From: Candidatus Latescibacterota bacterium
Lineage (GTDB): Bacteria > Latescibacterota > UBA2968 > UBA8231
Length of the DNA: 64,000 nucleotides
Direction of reading: 5' to 3'
NCBI GenBank assembly: GCA_965217585.1
Contig: OZ244561.1
Location: 6,016,001 to 6,080,000 of the forward strand
The stretch's first letter is position 1, and each line of letters begins with the position of its first letter. Position numbers and translations under genes: made by a program. Below, one piece after another: positions 1 to 10,253 of this stretch. The notes beneath the pieces were generated by a model. It saw only the letters and a list, made by a program, of their open reading frames with translations. It ran no database searches and was not told the DNA's origin.

Positions 1-1
1 G

Positions 2-1375
2 CGGCGCACGGGCGTTGCCTACTTTGTCAAAGTCGAGAAATCCGTCACTTCGCGCGCCTCGGCTGGGGGCGAGTTCTTCAATATCGACCCCGAATACAGC
101 ACCAAAATCACGGTGCAGGACGATGGCTTTGAATCATTGGCCGGCGTGTCGGGCGCGCCGTACAATACCGAACTTCCCCAGGGATTCGGCGGGCACTACA
201 ACAACACCATGGAAATGGACACAGTGGATGACAATGACGACAAGGATCCGTTTCCCGACTTCCACTGGCTGGTGCACGAAAGGGATACGGACGGCGTTTT
301 CCCCGGCCTGGACGCCAATCTGGACGGCCGGCCCGATATCAACGAGAACGACAATGCCCTGCCCGATTATTACGAACCCTTTCTGCTCTACAACGTGGAC
401 CCGGACGACTTTGTCTACGGCGACGATCTAAACAACAACGGCATCATCGATGTGCGCGAAAACGACCGCAAGCCGGACTATCCCTACGATCAAAACCGCC
501 GCGGCTGGCATCTCTTTGCCACTTGGCAGCCCACTCCACCACTGAAGCTGATAGCGGGTCGCTACGACACTTGGCAGTTGTGGGGCGGCGGCGCGAACAA
601 TGTGTCCTATGCCAAGCTGGAACTGCACCGCGACTTGCCGGCACTGGCGACGTTTCGGGTCGTCGACTTCTTCAAGCGGGTGGAGGACAATATCCGCGAC
701 GACGCCTTCCGCATCGCCCGCAACACCTCGGGCCTCTTCAGCCTGCCTTTCAGCACTGCCGGTTTTAACCGCGTTTTTGCCGAGGATCCTCTGCTCATGC
801 AGGATAGCTGGGTGAACACGGCCTTTACCGAGATTAAGCTCTACCGCTTCCGGCCCCTGCATCTGCGCTTTAATGGCCTTTGGGAAACGAACCGGCAGGG
901 CGCCACGGATTTCAGGGGGGACAACTGGCTGCGGCGCTGGTCCATGGTGCTGCGCAGCGACTACACGTGGAGCCGGGGCAATCTGTCCGTAATACCGCAG
1001 GTGAAGTTCATGGCTCAGAAGGTTGTGGACGACGAGGGTGAGGTGGCACCGGTACACGAGTCTTTTTTCTACCCGATCTTCAAAGTCGAGTACCAGATGA
1101 CGCGGGATACGGTCGTGCGGGTGGGGGCACAGGGATTTCCCTTCCTCAAGAGCCAGTACCGCAATCTCTGGCAGCGGGATACCAGCTTTTCCACCCAGGA
1201 CTACGTAGTCAGTCTGACGAATGTTTCGAGCTACAGTGGATATCAGCTCGGCATCAACGTGGGCTATCAACTGCACCTGCGCCGGATGGTGGACCGGGCG
1301 CGCAGGTTTGAGGATCGCGATTACACCTTTTTCTTTTTGCGCATGGTCGCTGGCTTGCGGCCTACGAACTACTGA
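2..1375 (+). CDS. Large exported/outer-membrane protein, C-terminal part (5' truncated by window edge); divergent paralogue of 17867-20698, 20688-23546 and 29214-32108
   Basis: Frame is open from base 2 (RRTGVAYFVKVEK...GGEFFNIDPEY, compare AWYLVANK...GGEFFSMQPDY in paralogues). Shares the DNDD..D-GVFPG.D...DG.PD.N.N.N..PDY.EPFL...D.VYG.D.NNN block and the C-terminal F.R...G strand. Confidence 0.8.
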   Translation, partial: RRTGVAYFVKVEKSVTSRASAGGEFFNIDPEYSTKITVQDDGFESLAGVSGAPYNTELPQGFGGHYNNTMEMDTVDDNDDKDPFPDFHWLVHERDTDGVFPGLDANLDGRPDINENDNALPDYYEPFLLYNVDPDDFVYGDDLNNNGIIDVRENDRKPDYPYDQNRRGWHLFATWQPTPPLKLIAGRYDTWQLWGGGANNVSYAKLELHRDLPALATFRVVDFFKRVEDNIRDDAFRIARNTSGLFSLPFSTAGFNRVFAEDPLLMQDSWVNTAFTEIKLYRFRPLHLRFNGLWETNRQGATDFRGDNWLRRWSMVLRSDYTWSRGNLSVIPQVKFMAQKVVDDEGEVAPVHESFFYPIFKVEYQMTRDTVVRVGAQGFPFLKSQYRNLWQRDTSFSTQDYVVSLTNVSSYSGYQLGINVGYQLHLRRMVDRARRFEDRDYTFFFLRMVAGLRPTNY

Positions 1376-1399
1376 GGTGGTCGACTCTCAGAGAAAGGG

Positions 1400-4300
1400 G
1401 TGCATGAAGTGAATTTCGGATGGTTGGTTCTGGGCTATTTGGCGACTTTGATTGGGGTCACGCGCACGGTGCCCACGGTCGAAGAGGTGGCGTGGTCGTT
1501 TGAGCAGGGGCAGAAGTTTTACGCCTCGGGGGCCTACGACCAAGCCATAGACAAATACGCGGAAATCATCGCCATAGAGAGCCAACTCTTGGAGACCGCG
1601 GAGATCGAGTACTCCATCGGCGATGTCACGGCGCCGGTGCAGGACGCGTCGCGCTATCAAGCGGGCAATTCCCATCTCAAGATAGCCGAAGAACAATTCT
1701 TCCTCGGGCGCTCGCGGCGGAGCGAAAAGGAACGGCAGGAGTACGCGGAAAAGGGGCGTGAGAATCTGGAGCAGGCCATCCACTTTTTTGCAGAAGCTGA
1801 AAAGCACACGCAAGTGCCCAAACTGAAAGAATTGGCCCGCAACCGCATAGTTCAGGCTTGGTATAAGGCGGGCGATTACCAGCGCACCATCGAGGAAGGA
1901 AGGGCGCTCATCGAAAAGTACCCCGAGAGCAGCTACGTGCTCGTGGCCATGTACGACATCGGTTGGGCGTACTACGAGCTAGAGGAATACGAGCAGAGCG
2001 TGGCGACTTTCAAGGCACTGGTCGAGCGCTTCCCCGATGGCTACAAGAGCGATCGGGCACTTTTTCAGATCGGCGAGAATTACTATAAGCAGGAGCAGTA
2101 CGAGGAGGCCCTCCCCTACTTCCAGCGCCTAGTGGAACGGGCGCAGCTCGACCAACTCACCGACAAGGAAATCGCCAAGATGCGGCGGGAGAAAATTGCC
2201 GGGCTGGTGGACGAAACCGGGCTGGAGCTAGCGCTCAAGTCGCAGATCAAAGTCGGTGCTTGTCATGCGGAGCTGGGCCAATACGACCAGGCGGCCGCGG
2301 CCTATCGCAGCGTAGTGGGGTTGTTTACCAACGAACGCCTGCTGGCCGAAGAAGCCTACCGCCGCATGGCCGATATGTACTACGAGGCCGGCGACTTTGA
2401 ACGCTCGGTGCAAACCTATCGCAGTGCCATTGACGAGGTTACAGATCCGGTGTTCCGGGCACGCATGCACTCTCTGTTGGCCGAGCGCTACTACAACGAC
2501 GGGCGCTATGCCGAGGCTATCGAAGAGTATCGGCTCTATATCAAGGCCTATGCCGACGTGGCCGGGCGCGCTGGGTTTGGGCTGGACGAAGCGAGTTACA
2601 AGATCGGGCGCTCCTTCTTCGATATGGCCGAAGCGGAGCGGGGAAGGGGAGACACAGCAGCGGCCGCAGCCAATTATGGCCGGGCTATTGCCGAGTACGA
2701 AAAAGTGCTGGAGGAGTACCCAGATAGCTGGCTCAAGCTGGCCTGCATGTTCAGCATTGGCCTGTGCCAACAGATGATAGATACCGAAGAGTCGCGGGCA
2801 CAGGCGCTAGCGCACTTCCAGAACTTGGTCGAGGAGTATCCGCACGAAGAGTACGCGCAGAGTGCCTTCTTCCAGATCGCCCGTATCCACTACAGCCGGA
2901 AAGAGTACGCCCGCGCCATCGAAGTTTACCGGGAAATCATCGACCGGTACGGCGATTTTTCGCAGGTGGATATGGCCTATTTCGAGCTGGGCATTGCCCA
3001 GCGCCGCCACGAGGCCAAGGAGGAGGCCGTGGCCAGCTTCCTCAAAGTGCGCCCTAGTTCGGATCTCTACTCCAAGGCGCTGCAGGAAGCCAGCCAACTG
3101 CTCATGGCCATGGAGGAGTTCGACCGCGCGCTGGAGATTTTGCAAGAGGGCGCGAAGGTGACGGCCGATGATCGGGGGAAAGCCCAGAATCACTATCTGC
3201 AGGGCAAGGCCTTTGTGGGCAAGGAGGCCTACGCCGAGGCCATTCCCCACTTCGATCGGGTGCTGGCACTGAGCGCGGATCCGCAGATTTTGGAGAGCAG
3301 TCTCTACAGCCGTGGAGTGTGTTATCTCAGCCTGGAGCAATACGCTCGGGCCGAGGAAGACCTAGAGCAACTGACCCAAGCGGAAAACGCCAAGGTGCGG
3401 CGCTCGGCGCAGCGCATGCTGGGCATGGTGCGCATCCGGCAGCAGAAAGAAGCACAGGCCATTTTCAACTACCAAGTGCTGGCAGAGGAGGCTGCAGACG
3501 AGGCCGAGAAAGCCGAATATCTGCTGCTTTTGGCCGAACTCTACCACGGTCTGGGGCGCAATGAGGAATCAGCGGAAGTGGCGCGTCAGACCATTGATTT
3601 ACCGCTCGAAGATTTGCGCGCCGGGGGGGGCACCTACTCGGTTAAAGAGCGGGCGTTTTACCTGTTGGGCGACACCTACCTGCAAAAGGGTCAGTTTACA
3701 TCCGTGGTGGAGGTGTACTCGCAGGCCCTGGAACTCCATCCCGATGGTCACTATGCCGCGGATATGGTTTTTGCCATTGGCTCGGCTCATTTCGAACTAG
3801 GCGAACTCGACCGGGCTGTCGCGGTACTCGAGGCCTTCATAGACCGCTACCCCGACAATCCCAATCTGCCCCATGCTTACTACATTGTGGGATACTCCTA
3901 TTTCAACCAGACGCAGTTTGAGCCGGCCGCGGCGTCCTTTGCAGAGGCAAAGCGGTTTACCGAACGAGAATTCGTCGTGGACGCGCTGTACCGGGCCGGC
4001 GAGAGTTACTTCAATCTGGGACAATTCGATCGGGCCCTGAATCTCTATCGGGAGATTTTGGCGAAACATCCGCACGCCGAAGAGGCCGACGACGCGCTCT
4101 ACAATATGGGCTGGGCCCAACTGGAGTTGCAGCGGGAAGATCAGGCCATCGCTTCCTTTGAGGAGTTGGTAATGCGCTATCCCGCCAGCGAGTTCAGTCC
4201 CAATGCCCAGTTTTCGATTGGCGACTACTACTACAACAAGCAGGATTACGCCAAGGCACTGAGTGCGTACGAAACGGTACTGGCGCGCTATCCAGACGAT

Positions 4301-4666
4301 CCACTGGCCGAGAAGGTGCCGGAATTGGTCGCCGACCTGCGCGAGATCATGGCCTATCTGGACTACGAGCAGGCCATGGTGCCGTTCAGAGTGGCCATGG
4401 ACAGTAAGAATCCAGCCGAACTCACAAGGGAAAAATTTGGCGAGACCATACCTCTGCTGCGGGAAATCGTCGACAAGTATCCGGGCACGGAGACACAGAT
4501 CGGGGCGCTGATCAATTTGGGGATCTGCTATGAGAGTTTGAGTCGTTGGAAGGAGGCAGTGGCGGTGTACGAAAGAGTAAGCCAGGAATCCGGGAGCCAG
4601 GTCTCACCTGATGCGCAGCAATTTGCCCAGGCTCACAAGGACTGGATCGTGGCCAACCGGCTCTAG
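1400..4666 (+). CDS. Large tetratricopeptide-repeat protein (BamD/CpoB-type TPRs), probably exported
   Basis: 1088 aa, hydrophobic N-terminus, many repeats of the type 'A...F..L...YP.S.....A.F.IG..YY'. Confidence 0.85.
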   Translation: MHEVNFGWLVLGYLATLIGVTRTVPTVEEVAWSFEQGQKFYASGAYDQAIDKYAEIIAIESQLLETAEIEYSIGDVTAPVQDASRYQAGNSHLKIAEEQFFLGRSRRSEKERQEYAEKGRENLEQAIHFFAEAEKHTQVPKLKELARNRIVQAWYKAGDYQRTIEEGRALIEKYPESSYVLVAMYDIGWAYYELEEYEQSVATFKALVERFPDGYKSDRALFQIGENYYKQEQYEEALPYFQRLVERAQLDQLTDKEIAKMRREKIAGLVDETGLELALKSQIKVGACHAELGQYDQAAAAYRSVVGLFTNERLLAEEAYRRMADMYYEAGDFERSVQTYRSAIDEVTDPVFRARMHSLLAERYYNDGRYAEAIEEYRLYIKAYADVAGRAGFGLDEASYKIGRSFFDMAEAERGRGDTAAAAANYGRAIAEYEKVLEEYPDSWLKLACMFSIGLCQQMIDTEESRAQALAHFQNLVEEYPHEEYAQSAFFQIARIHYSRKEYARAIEVYREIIDRYGDFSQVDMAYFELGIAQRRHEAKEEAVASFLKVRPSSDLYSKALQEASQLLMAMEEFDRALEILQEGAKVTADDRGKAQNHYLQGKAFVGKEAYAEAIPHFDRVLALSADPQILESSLYSRGVCYLSLEQYARAEEDLEQLTQAENAKVRRSAQRMLGMVRIRQQKEAQAIFNYQVLAEEAADEAEKAEYLLLLAELYHGLGRNEESAEVARQTIDLPLEDLRAGGGTYSVKERAFYLLGDTYLQKGQFTSVVEVYSQALELHPDGHYAADMVFAIGSAHFELGELDRAVAVLEAFIDRYPDNPNLPHAYYIVGYSYFNQTQFEPAAASFAEAKRFTEREFVVDALYRAGESYFNLGQFDRALNLYREILAKHPHAEEADDALYNMGWAQLELQREDQAIASFEELVMRYPASEFSPNAQFSIGDYYYNKQDYAKALSAYETVLARYPDDPLAEKVPELVADLREIMAYLDYEQAMVPFRVAMDSKNPAELTREKFGETIPLLREIVDKYPGTETQIGALINLGICYESLSRWKEAVAVYERVSQESGSQVSPDAQQFAQAHKDWIVANRL

Positions 4667-4683
4667 TAGGCAAAGGGGCAACT

Positions 4684-5244
4684 ATGTACAAAGCTTGTGT
4701 TTATTTTTGTGTGCTGGGTGTTTTGGTTGTGGGGGCGGTCAATCCGCTCGCGGCCCAAGTCTTCAGCGACGATATTTTCACCGAGGAAAGGGTCGCGGCG
4801 CGCAACCGCGCCATCAAGATGTCCCTCCTCTTTCCCGGATTGGGACAGATTGCCCTGGGGAGCAAGGTGAAGGGGTTCAGTTTATTTAGCGGCGGACTGG
4901 TGTCGCTGGTGGCGGCCATCAACGGCCAGGAAAACCACAGCACGGTCAAGGGCCGCCACAAACAGGCTAGGGACAAATACTTGGGGCTACAACAGCGGGG
5001 CCGCTACGAAGAGGCGCAGGAGGTCTGGGAGGATATTCAGGACATGGAGGACGATCTGGACCGCTACAATACCATGCGGCAGATCATCTTTCTGTCGGCG
5101 GGTATCTATGCGTACAATGTCGTAGATATCTTGTTCTTCACTTCGCCGCAAGAGCGGGTTGCACAGACGCCGCGCCCGGGTTTCTCAGTGGCGGCGCAGT
5201 GGGTGAATGGCTCGCCGGGGGTAGGGGTGACGCGTCGCTTCTAA
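4684..5244 (+). CDS. Hypothetical membrane/exported protein (DUF5683-like)
   Basis: Signal-like N-terminus, 'SLLFPGLGQI' motif, two hydrophobic segments flanking a coiled region, terminal Phe; co-oriented 17 bp after the TPR gene. Confidence 0.6.
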   Translation: MYKACVYFCVLGVLVVGAVNPLAAQVFSDDIFTEERVAARNRAIKMSLLFPGLGQIALGSKVKGFSLFSGGLVSLVAAINGQENHSTVKGRHKQARDKYLGLQQRGRYEEAQEVWEDIQDMEDDLDRYNTMRQIIFLSAGIYAYNVVDILFFTSPQERVAQTPRPGFSVAAQWVNGSPGVGVTRRF

Positions 5245-5247
5245 AGA

Positions 5248-8037
5248 TCATTCGACAGTGGAATTCGCCCTCAGGCGCGCCTGCCAGGTGCGCAGCTCTT
5301 TGCTCCAGGCCGCCTTGCGGACTTGGCTCATCTCGGTCGACGCTGAGAGCGCTTGGAGCGCATCCTCAATGGCCTGCCGTGCCGCTTCGCGGCGGCCCTG
5401 AACGAGCATGCACTGGGCCAGTTCGGTCAGAGCTTGGATGTCGCCTTGGCGGCCTCGATGCCGCAATTTGGGAAAATTCAGCAAGGCCTGCAGGGAGCGG
5501 TCGTCCGGCGTGAGCGCCAGAGCGCGAGTGTACCACTTTGAGGCCTCGATATACCTTCTGCGCTTGCTCTCAAAGTGTCCCTGCAAGATCAAGGGCATGG
5601 CGCGCTGATAGGCAGCAAAGTGTGCGCCCTCCTCTTCCGTTATGGAGTTCTGCCGCACCCAGTCCATTGGATTGGCGCGATGGCGCATCAGCAGGTCGAG
5701 ATTCTTCAACATCGCCTGTGAATCCCATCCTTCGAGCGGTCCGCGAAACTCGAGCAGAGGATGTTCCTCGGTGTTGAGGTCGCCCTCGCCGAGTAGGGAC
5801 GCTAGCTGCGGACCGGCGGTTACAAAAGTCGAGAGCAGCTTGTACGGATTTTCGAGGTGGATTTCAGCTAGGTCCGCAAGCACGTTCGGCTCTGTGAGGC
5901 GCTGCTGAAACAGCTCGAAGTCGATCTCCATCTCGTCGCGCCACCCCACCAGTAAAACATAGTGCGTGGCCTCGTTGTTCATATAGAAGACGGCCATTTC
6001 GGGGAAGGCGCGGTAGAAGGTGCGCAGCGTCATCAGGAAGAGGTCCTCGGAGAGGCCGCCAAGAGGCATCCATACCACTACCACTCCGCCGGGATTGAGG
6101 CGTGCGCGGGAGTGCATAAAGAACTCCAGATCGTAGAGGTTGGCGTTGGACTTGTAGCGCAGATCTGTACAGTCGGTGGCGATAATGTCGTAGGTTTCGT
6201 CGGTGTACTGCAGGTACGCACGGGCGTCGTCAAAGATGATTCTATAGCGTGGATCTGGGTGCTCGAGGAAGCGGTGGTTCGAAGCGCCCAAGTAGGATGC
6301 GGCTGCGACGATTTCAGGGGCAATTTCGACACAGTGTACTTTCTCGAGGGAGCTGTGCCGCAGGTAGGAATAGGAGGACCCCCCGCTGCCAAAGCCCACG
6401 GTGAGGGCCGCTTTGGCATCCCGCACTATACACATGGGGATGTGGGCGAGGGATTTCTGGTCGGTCAACATCGTCTGCGAAGTGCCAGCCACGCTCGCCT
6501 GGTCGACAAAGACATAACGAGCGCTTGACTGCGTCTCGTAGACGGCTATAGTGGCAACCGGTCCTTCGCGGTAATAAATCTGCTCTAGGTTTTTGGCGAT
6601 CGGAGCCCTGAGGTCGCCCCGAAGGGGCACGGAGAGCATGGTAAAGAGGCTAAAAGCGAAGGTAGCACCGATCGCTGCCATGGCATAGCGCCGTGCGGCA
6701 GGGCGCGACAACAGGACGATCACCCCGATAGTGACATCTATCAAGGCGAACAATTCGAAGGTGAACGTGAGCCCAACCGCGGGGATCAGGACGAAGCTCG
6801 TTGCGATCACTCCGAGGATCGCGCCGAGGGTGTTGAGCGCGTACACGACCCCCACGTCGCGTCCCACTTGGGAAACCGAGGCTGCCGACTTGATGGCGAG
6901 GGGCAAGGACATGCCCATCAGCAGGGTCGGGATCCCGATGGCGAACACAGTCTGCAGGATGACGTTGGCAAAGGCGAGGGCGAAGTCAAGTTCATAGGTT
7001 TCGCGGCTCAGGGGATCGCCGAGGATATTTCCCCCGGCACCACCATAGATGGTCAGCAGTGAGACGAGCAGCGATATCCCGAGCAAGGAAAGGAGCAAGC
7101 CGTAGAGCTTGAGGGGGTCGCCGTGGCGGTCTGCCAGAGGAGCGATCAGGACACTGCCGAGGGCGATGCCGCACAGGAAGACGCCCAGCAGGGCGCTGAA
7201 GCAGTAGGTAGTGCTGCTGAGGTACGCATAGGTGAACACGAGGGAGCGCGACCACAGGATCTGGCACCCCAGGGATACGAACCCGCTCAAGAAAGCAGCC
7301 GCCCACACCATGTGTACGAGCCGCGCTGAATATCCGCGGGAGATTTCTTCACCGACCGGTGCGGATTTTGTCTCGATATCCGCACTCTCTTGGTCGCGAA
7401 CCATGACCCAGAATACAAGCCCCAGACACGCGGCCACCAGGTTCAGCGCCACAGCCACGTACTCGCTGCCGTAGAGGCCAAATTCCTTGATTAAAAAAAA
7501 TCCGGCGCAGAATGCCCCGAGGACGGCCCCACCCGTATTGATCCCGTACAGCGTGGCGATGCGTCCTCCCAAGTGCGCCTCACTTCTCACAATGGCCCTT
7601 GAGAGCAGAGGCAGGGTAGCCCCCATCAGGAAAGTGGGAATTAGGAGTACGCCGATAGCGGCGATAAAGCGCCCGGCCGTAAGCAGGGCGAAGTTCTGCC
7701 CAAAGAGCGCAAAGTTGGCGCGGTCGACTAGGGAGAGGTGAGGCAGGATCAGGATCAAGAGCCCTCCCAGCGCCCCGATCGCTACCTCGATTGCGGCGTA
7801 GGCCAAAAGCGGGCTGCGCAAACGATCGCTTACGCGTCCGGCCAGTACAGCCCCGAGGGCGAGTCCACCCATGTACGCGACTACTACAGCGCTGAGGGCA
7901 TAGGTGCTCGTGCCGAACACATAACTGAGCATGCGCGTCCAGACGATTTCATAGATCAGCCCGGCAGCCCCCGACACAAAGAACATCAAGTAGACAGGCC
8001 ATGCTGTGATCGTCGGACGTATGTTCACAATTGGCAA
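5248..8037 (-). CDS. Fused multi-TM (MFS-like) / spermidine-synthase-like SAM-fold protein with C-terminal TPR-like helices
   Basis: 'FFVSGAAGLIYEIVWTRML', 'PTFLMGATLP', 'YGINTGGAVLG' membrane half-repeats; 'LTVGFGSGGS', 'CVEIAPEI', 'DDARAYL', 'YDIIATDCTD' transferase motifs. Confidence 0.85.
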   Translation of the reverse strand: MPIVNIRPTITAWPVYLMFFVSGAAGLIYEIVWTRMLSYVFGTSTYALSAVVVAYMGGLALGAVLAGRVSDRLRSPLLAYAAIEVAIGALGGLLILILPHLSLVDRANFALFGQNFALLTAGRFIAAIGVLLIPTFLMGATLPLLSRAIVRSEAHLGGRIATLYGINTGGAVLGAFCAGFFLIKEFGLYGSEYVAVALNLVAACLGLVFWVMVRDQESADIETKSAPVGEEISRGYSARLVHMVWAAAFLSGFVSLGCQILWSRSLVFTYAYLSSTTYCFSALLGVFLCGIALGSVLIAPLADRHGDPLKLYGLLLSLLGISLLVSLLTIYGGAGGNILGDPLSRETYELDFALAFANVILQTVFAIGIPTLLMGMSLPLAIKSAASVSQVGRDVGVVYALNTLGAILGVIATSFVLIPAVGLTFTFELFALIDVTIGVIVLLSRPAARRYAMAAIGATFAFSLFTMLSVPLRGDLRAPIAKNLEQIYYREGPVATIAVYETQSSARYVFVDQASVAGTSQTMLTDQKSLAHIPMCIVRDAKAALTVGFGSGGSSYSYLRHSSLEKVHCVEIAPEIVAAASYLGASNHRFLEHPDPRYRIIFDDARAYLQYTDETYDIIATDCTDLRYKSNANLYDLEFFMHSRARLNPGGVVVVWMPLGGLSEDLFLMTLRTFYRAFPEMAVFYMNNEATHYVLLVGWRDEMEIDFELFQQRLTEPNVLADLAEIHLENPYKLLSTFVTAGPQLASLLGEGDLNTEEHPLLEFRGPLEGWDSQAMLKNLDLLMRHRANPMDWVRQNSITEEEGAHFAAYQRAMPLILQGHFESKRRRYIEASKWYTRALALTPDDRSLQALLNFPKLRHRGRQGDIQALTELAQCMLVQGRREAARQAIEDALQALSASTEMSQVRKAAWSKELRTWQARLRANSTVE

Positions 8038-8093
8038 TGGAGGGAGTGTTTGCCGAGCGGCGGGCGTGGGCCACCAGCCGCTCGGCCCTATCG

Positions 8094-8987
8094 CTAGGTC
8101 GCAGTAGAGATGGCAGCCCGGTATTCACCACTGGCGTCCCATCCGGGGTAGCGATCTTCCAAATCGCGTAGCGTATGCTCGCTGTAGTACGGATGGCCGA
8201 CGGGTGGGAAGTGGAAAAGTTCGCGAGTGCTGGGGTCCAAGCCGCTAATGAACTCCCTGAAGACCGGGTTGCTCCCAGCCATCACGTAATCCGACATCCC
8301 TTCCCAAGGGTGGTCGCGCCGGCCCCACCGCACGGTTAAGACGTAGCGCTCGCCACTCGTCTGGATGAAGTTGCTCCGCGAGTGGTTGGTGAAGATGGAG
8401 AAGATCGCCAGCGAACCGGCCGGCCCCGTAAACGTATGCTTGTCTCCCACCACGTGCGGGCCGTCGTCACCCCATTGGGTGGGCCAGAACGAGGTCGGTG
8501 CCATCCCGGGCTCGACATCGGAAAGGTAATACCAAAACTTGAGTTGGTTGTGGTCGCGGCTCGCCCTCACTGTCGGGAGTAGCGAGAATCCGTCCACGTG
8601 TCGGCCGGTGCTCTCCACAAATCCCGGGTAGCGAACAGAGCAGGCGCTGCCACGCATGCAGATTTGCGTTGTTCCCAACCAGCGTTTCGCAAGGGCGATT
8701 GTATCTGGGTCCACGATGGCCTGATTGAGGCACGGCTCCTCAAACGGAAAACTGGCGTTGCGAGTCGGTATAGCGTTCGGCTCCGGTAGGCTGCCCGGAG
8801 GTGGCAGTTGCTCGGGTGGGAGATCAGACCAAGGTGGGTGGAGACGGCGCGCCGCCGCTACCAGGGCCTTGGTTTGTTTGGGGGACAGATAGCCCGGCAG
8901 GAGGCAAAATCCTTTGCTGCACAACTCGGTGAACACGCTCTCGTCCGTCAGTTTCCTCTGCGGTATCGATTCGACCATCTGTGTCAT
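8094..8987 (-). CDS. Phytanoyl-CoA dioxygenase (PhyH) family Fe(II)/2OG dioxygenase
   Basis: 'GFCLLPGYL', HxD (RHVDG), 'YLSDVEPGMAPT', distal His (TNHSRS); RBS GGAGG upstream. Confidence 0.8.
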   Translation of the reverse strand: MTQMVESIPQRKLTDESVFTELCSKGFCLLPGYLSPKQTKALVAAARRLHPPWSDLPPEQLPPPGSLPEPNAIPTRNASFPFEEPCLNQAIVDPDTIALAKRWLGTTQICMRGSACSVRYPGFVESTGRHVDGFSLLPTVRASRDHNQLKFWYYLSDVEPGMAPTSFWPTQWGDDGPHVVGDKHTFTGPAGSLAIFSIFTNHSRSNFIQTSGERYVLTVRWGRRDHPWEGMSDYVMAGSNPVFREFISGLDPSTRELFHFPPVGHPYYSEHTLRDLEDRYPGWDASGEYRAAISTAT

Positions 8988-9071
8988 CGCGTTCCTCCCT
9001 TAAAATTGCGTAACGTTGCGTACTACGGCGTATTGCCTACCTATGTCGCTGAGAAGCTGTTGGCGTACTAA

Positions 9072-9171
9072 GAGATTCTAACAAAACCTGCTAGGCGATC
9101 CTCGGAACGCGGGTGTCCCGCCCGCCCATGTCATTCCCGCGAAAGCGGGAATCCAGTTTTGTTAGGGCCTC
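9072..9171. mobile_element. 100-bp MITE-like element with 16-bp imperfect TIRs and TAA target duplication
   Basis: Left GAGATTCTAACAAAAC (9072-9087) versus reverse complement of 9156-9171 GAGGCCCTAACAAAAC (13/16); TAA at 9069-9071 and 9172-9174; internal hairpin ATTCCCGC-GAAA-GCGGGAAT. Confidence 0.65.
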
Positions 9172-9282
9172 TAAGCGGCCACGTGAATATATCAAGATCA
9201 AAAGCCTCCGTCTATCGCTTGTAAGTATGGGAAATCCACGGTGACAGCCAGCCTACATCTATATGCCGATTGGCCAAAGAAC

Positions 9283-10093
9283 CTACTGGCGATAAAACCA
9301 GCTTTGTTGCTCCTCTGATAAGCTGGCCAAAAAGTCCGCTGGGGGCTGATAGACTTTCCAGTGTGGCCCCCAGCGATAGATCAGGACGCGGCGCACTCCG
9401 GGGTTGATCCTCCGGGCCGAGCCGTGCGCAATACAGTCTACAAACAACACGGCATCGCCGGCATTCAATTCGACTTCAACCGCGGCTTCCATTCCGTCCA
9501 GAGAGCCGCCTTCTACAAAGGTCGATCCACTGAATGCGGGATGAAGCAGGTTGGACTTGTGACTGCCGGGAACGACCATGGTAGCCCCATCGTTAGGGCC
9601 GATGTCATTGAGTGCCAGAATGATGTTGACTTCACCACAGCGGAATCGATTGTTGTGGAATCGAAATTGGGTATACATGCGTCGTTTATGCGCTCCGGAG
9701 TGCAAGCGGGTAGCAACACCAGGTCCGCGAATTGAGGCAGTCGCACCTTCTAGGACCGGGGAATCCCCGGTTCTTTTTGCATCGGCAGGATAATGCGTAC
9801 CTTCTGTGACAGGGGGATCCTCACTGCCGATGTATCGCTTCAGGTGTTGTGCCCAAGCCGGATGGTTGACCAATCTCAGAAAAGAGGGGTCTCTTTCTAC
9901 CACATTCTCGAAAGAGGCCGAAAAAGGGGGGTCACTTTGTCGCGCTTTTTCTCGCCACCTAGCATCCGCTACTGTAAGGGGGCCACTGGTCTATGACTGC
10001 GTTCATCTCGGACAGATGATCGGCGTCAACCGCTTGTGGCAAAATCAAATATCCCTGTAAATCAAACAGGTAATCTTCCATTGCGGTCGGCAT
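9283..10093 (-). pseudogene. PhyH-family dioxygenase with a +1 frameshift near 9962-9990 (pseudogene or assembly error)
   Basis: ATG at 10093 with RBS gives MPTAMEDYLFDLQGYLILPQAV (typical PhyH N-terminus) but stops at 9959-9961. Removing one base from the G5 run at 9978-9982 joins it to ...FENVVERDPSFLRLVNHP...LHSG...VVPGSHK...IAHGS. Confidence 0.75.
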
Positions 10094-10253
10094 CAGATTA
10101 ACCTTTTCCCCTCACAATTTCTTTACCGTGGGAGAGTGCGCCTAAATGGGAGCGCAAATCGCCCAATGCTTGACTCTAAGCCGCATTCCCCGTATCAAAG
10201 TAGCAAATGCTTTCGGCTATGTCACAATATTTCATCGGAAAGGAGTACTATCA

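Noticed and set aside
3623-3630. G8 tract in the TPR gene as a phase-variation switch
   Set aside because: Frame is intact (AGGG) and a single short tract in GC-rich DNA is weak evidence without read data.
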